NCBI GenBank assembly: GCA_965203515.1
Contig: OZ241907.1
Location: 1,664,001-1,728,000, forward strand
From: Spirochaetia bacterium
Lineage (GTDB): Bacteria; Spirochaetota; Spirochaetia; SZUA-6; Bin103
Direction: 5' to 3'
Length of the DNA stretch: 64,000 nucleotides
Below, piece after piece: positions 63,832-64,000 of the stretch. The notes beneath the pieces are model-generated. The model ran no database searches. It was given only the letters and a program-made list of their open reading frames with translations, and was not told the DNA's origin. The position numbers and the translations under genes are program-made. Within the stretch, counting starts at the first letter, position 1. Each line of letters starts with the position of its first letter.

Positions 63832-64000
63832 GCGTGGTGCCGCGCAGCATAGCATGGATCGAACGGACGCCGAAGCGCAAGTATCTTCGCCGGCAAGCGG
63901 CCGTCTGTGGCGCCGGCGCGTCATGCCCTGCGAGCGACGAGAATATAGCCAAAGACCAGACTGTCGACGCGCAGGACCCGGCACGCAGGGGACTCGTTCA

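Noticed and set aside
62800..64000. Rpn gene as an IS with defined ends
   Set aside because: No terminal inverted repeats or target duplication seen

Overview
GC-rich bacterial chromosomal window. No rRNA, tRNA or CRISPR array was seen. (i) 1-11.7 kb is a defence island: a DUF1156 adenine methylase and a DUF499 ATPase (restriction-like system) split by cargo (frameshifted DprA/SLOG gene, Schlafen-AlbA_2/HATPase/TPR protein, decayed phd-vapC pair, DUF433 + ABC ATPase + DUF4276-like TOPRIM), then an ATPase remnant and a HipA-like kinase + HIRAN pair. (ii) 11.7-50.8 kb is metabolic backbone: PhyH, MATE, DUF362, two sugar ABC cassettes (one interrupted by a complete IS21 with a 6-bp target duplication), lactonase, epimerases, leuA with a Leu-rich leader and attenuator, a moxR-bat operon, a Zn ABC operon with Fur/Zur, and ppc. 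(iii) 50.9-56.0 kb is the best candidate for a new system: four translationally coupled genes for an N6-adenine DNA methyltransferase, a MORC-like GHKL ATPase fused to a histidine kinase, a receiver protein with an unknown C-terminal domain, and a ComEC-like metallo-beta-lactamase-fold nuclease. This looks like restriction-modification wired to a phosphorelay. (iv) 56-64 kb holds catabolic genes, an Rnl5-type RNA ligase, an AAA+DUF4143 gene and an Rpn nuclease with an apparent intragenic small antitoxin ORF. Family calls come from motif recognition by eye, not database searches. Several single-base frameshifts could be assembly errors. The signal-peptide style of the binding proteins weakly suggests a high-GC spirochaete, which is only an inference.
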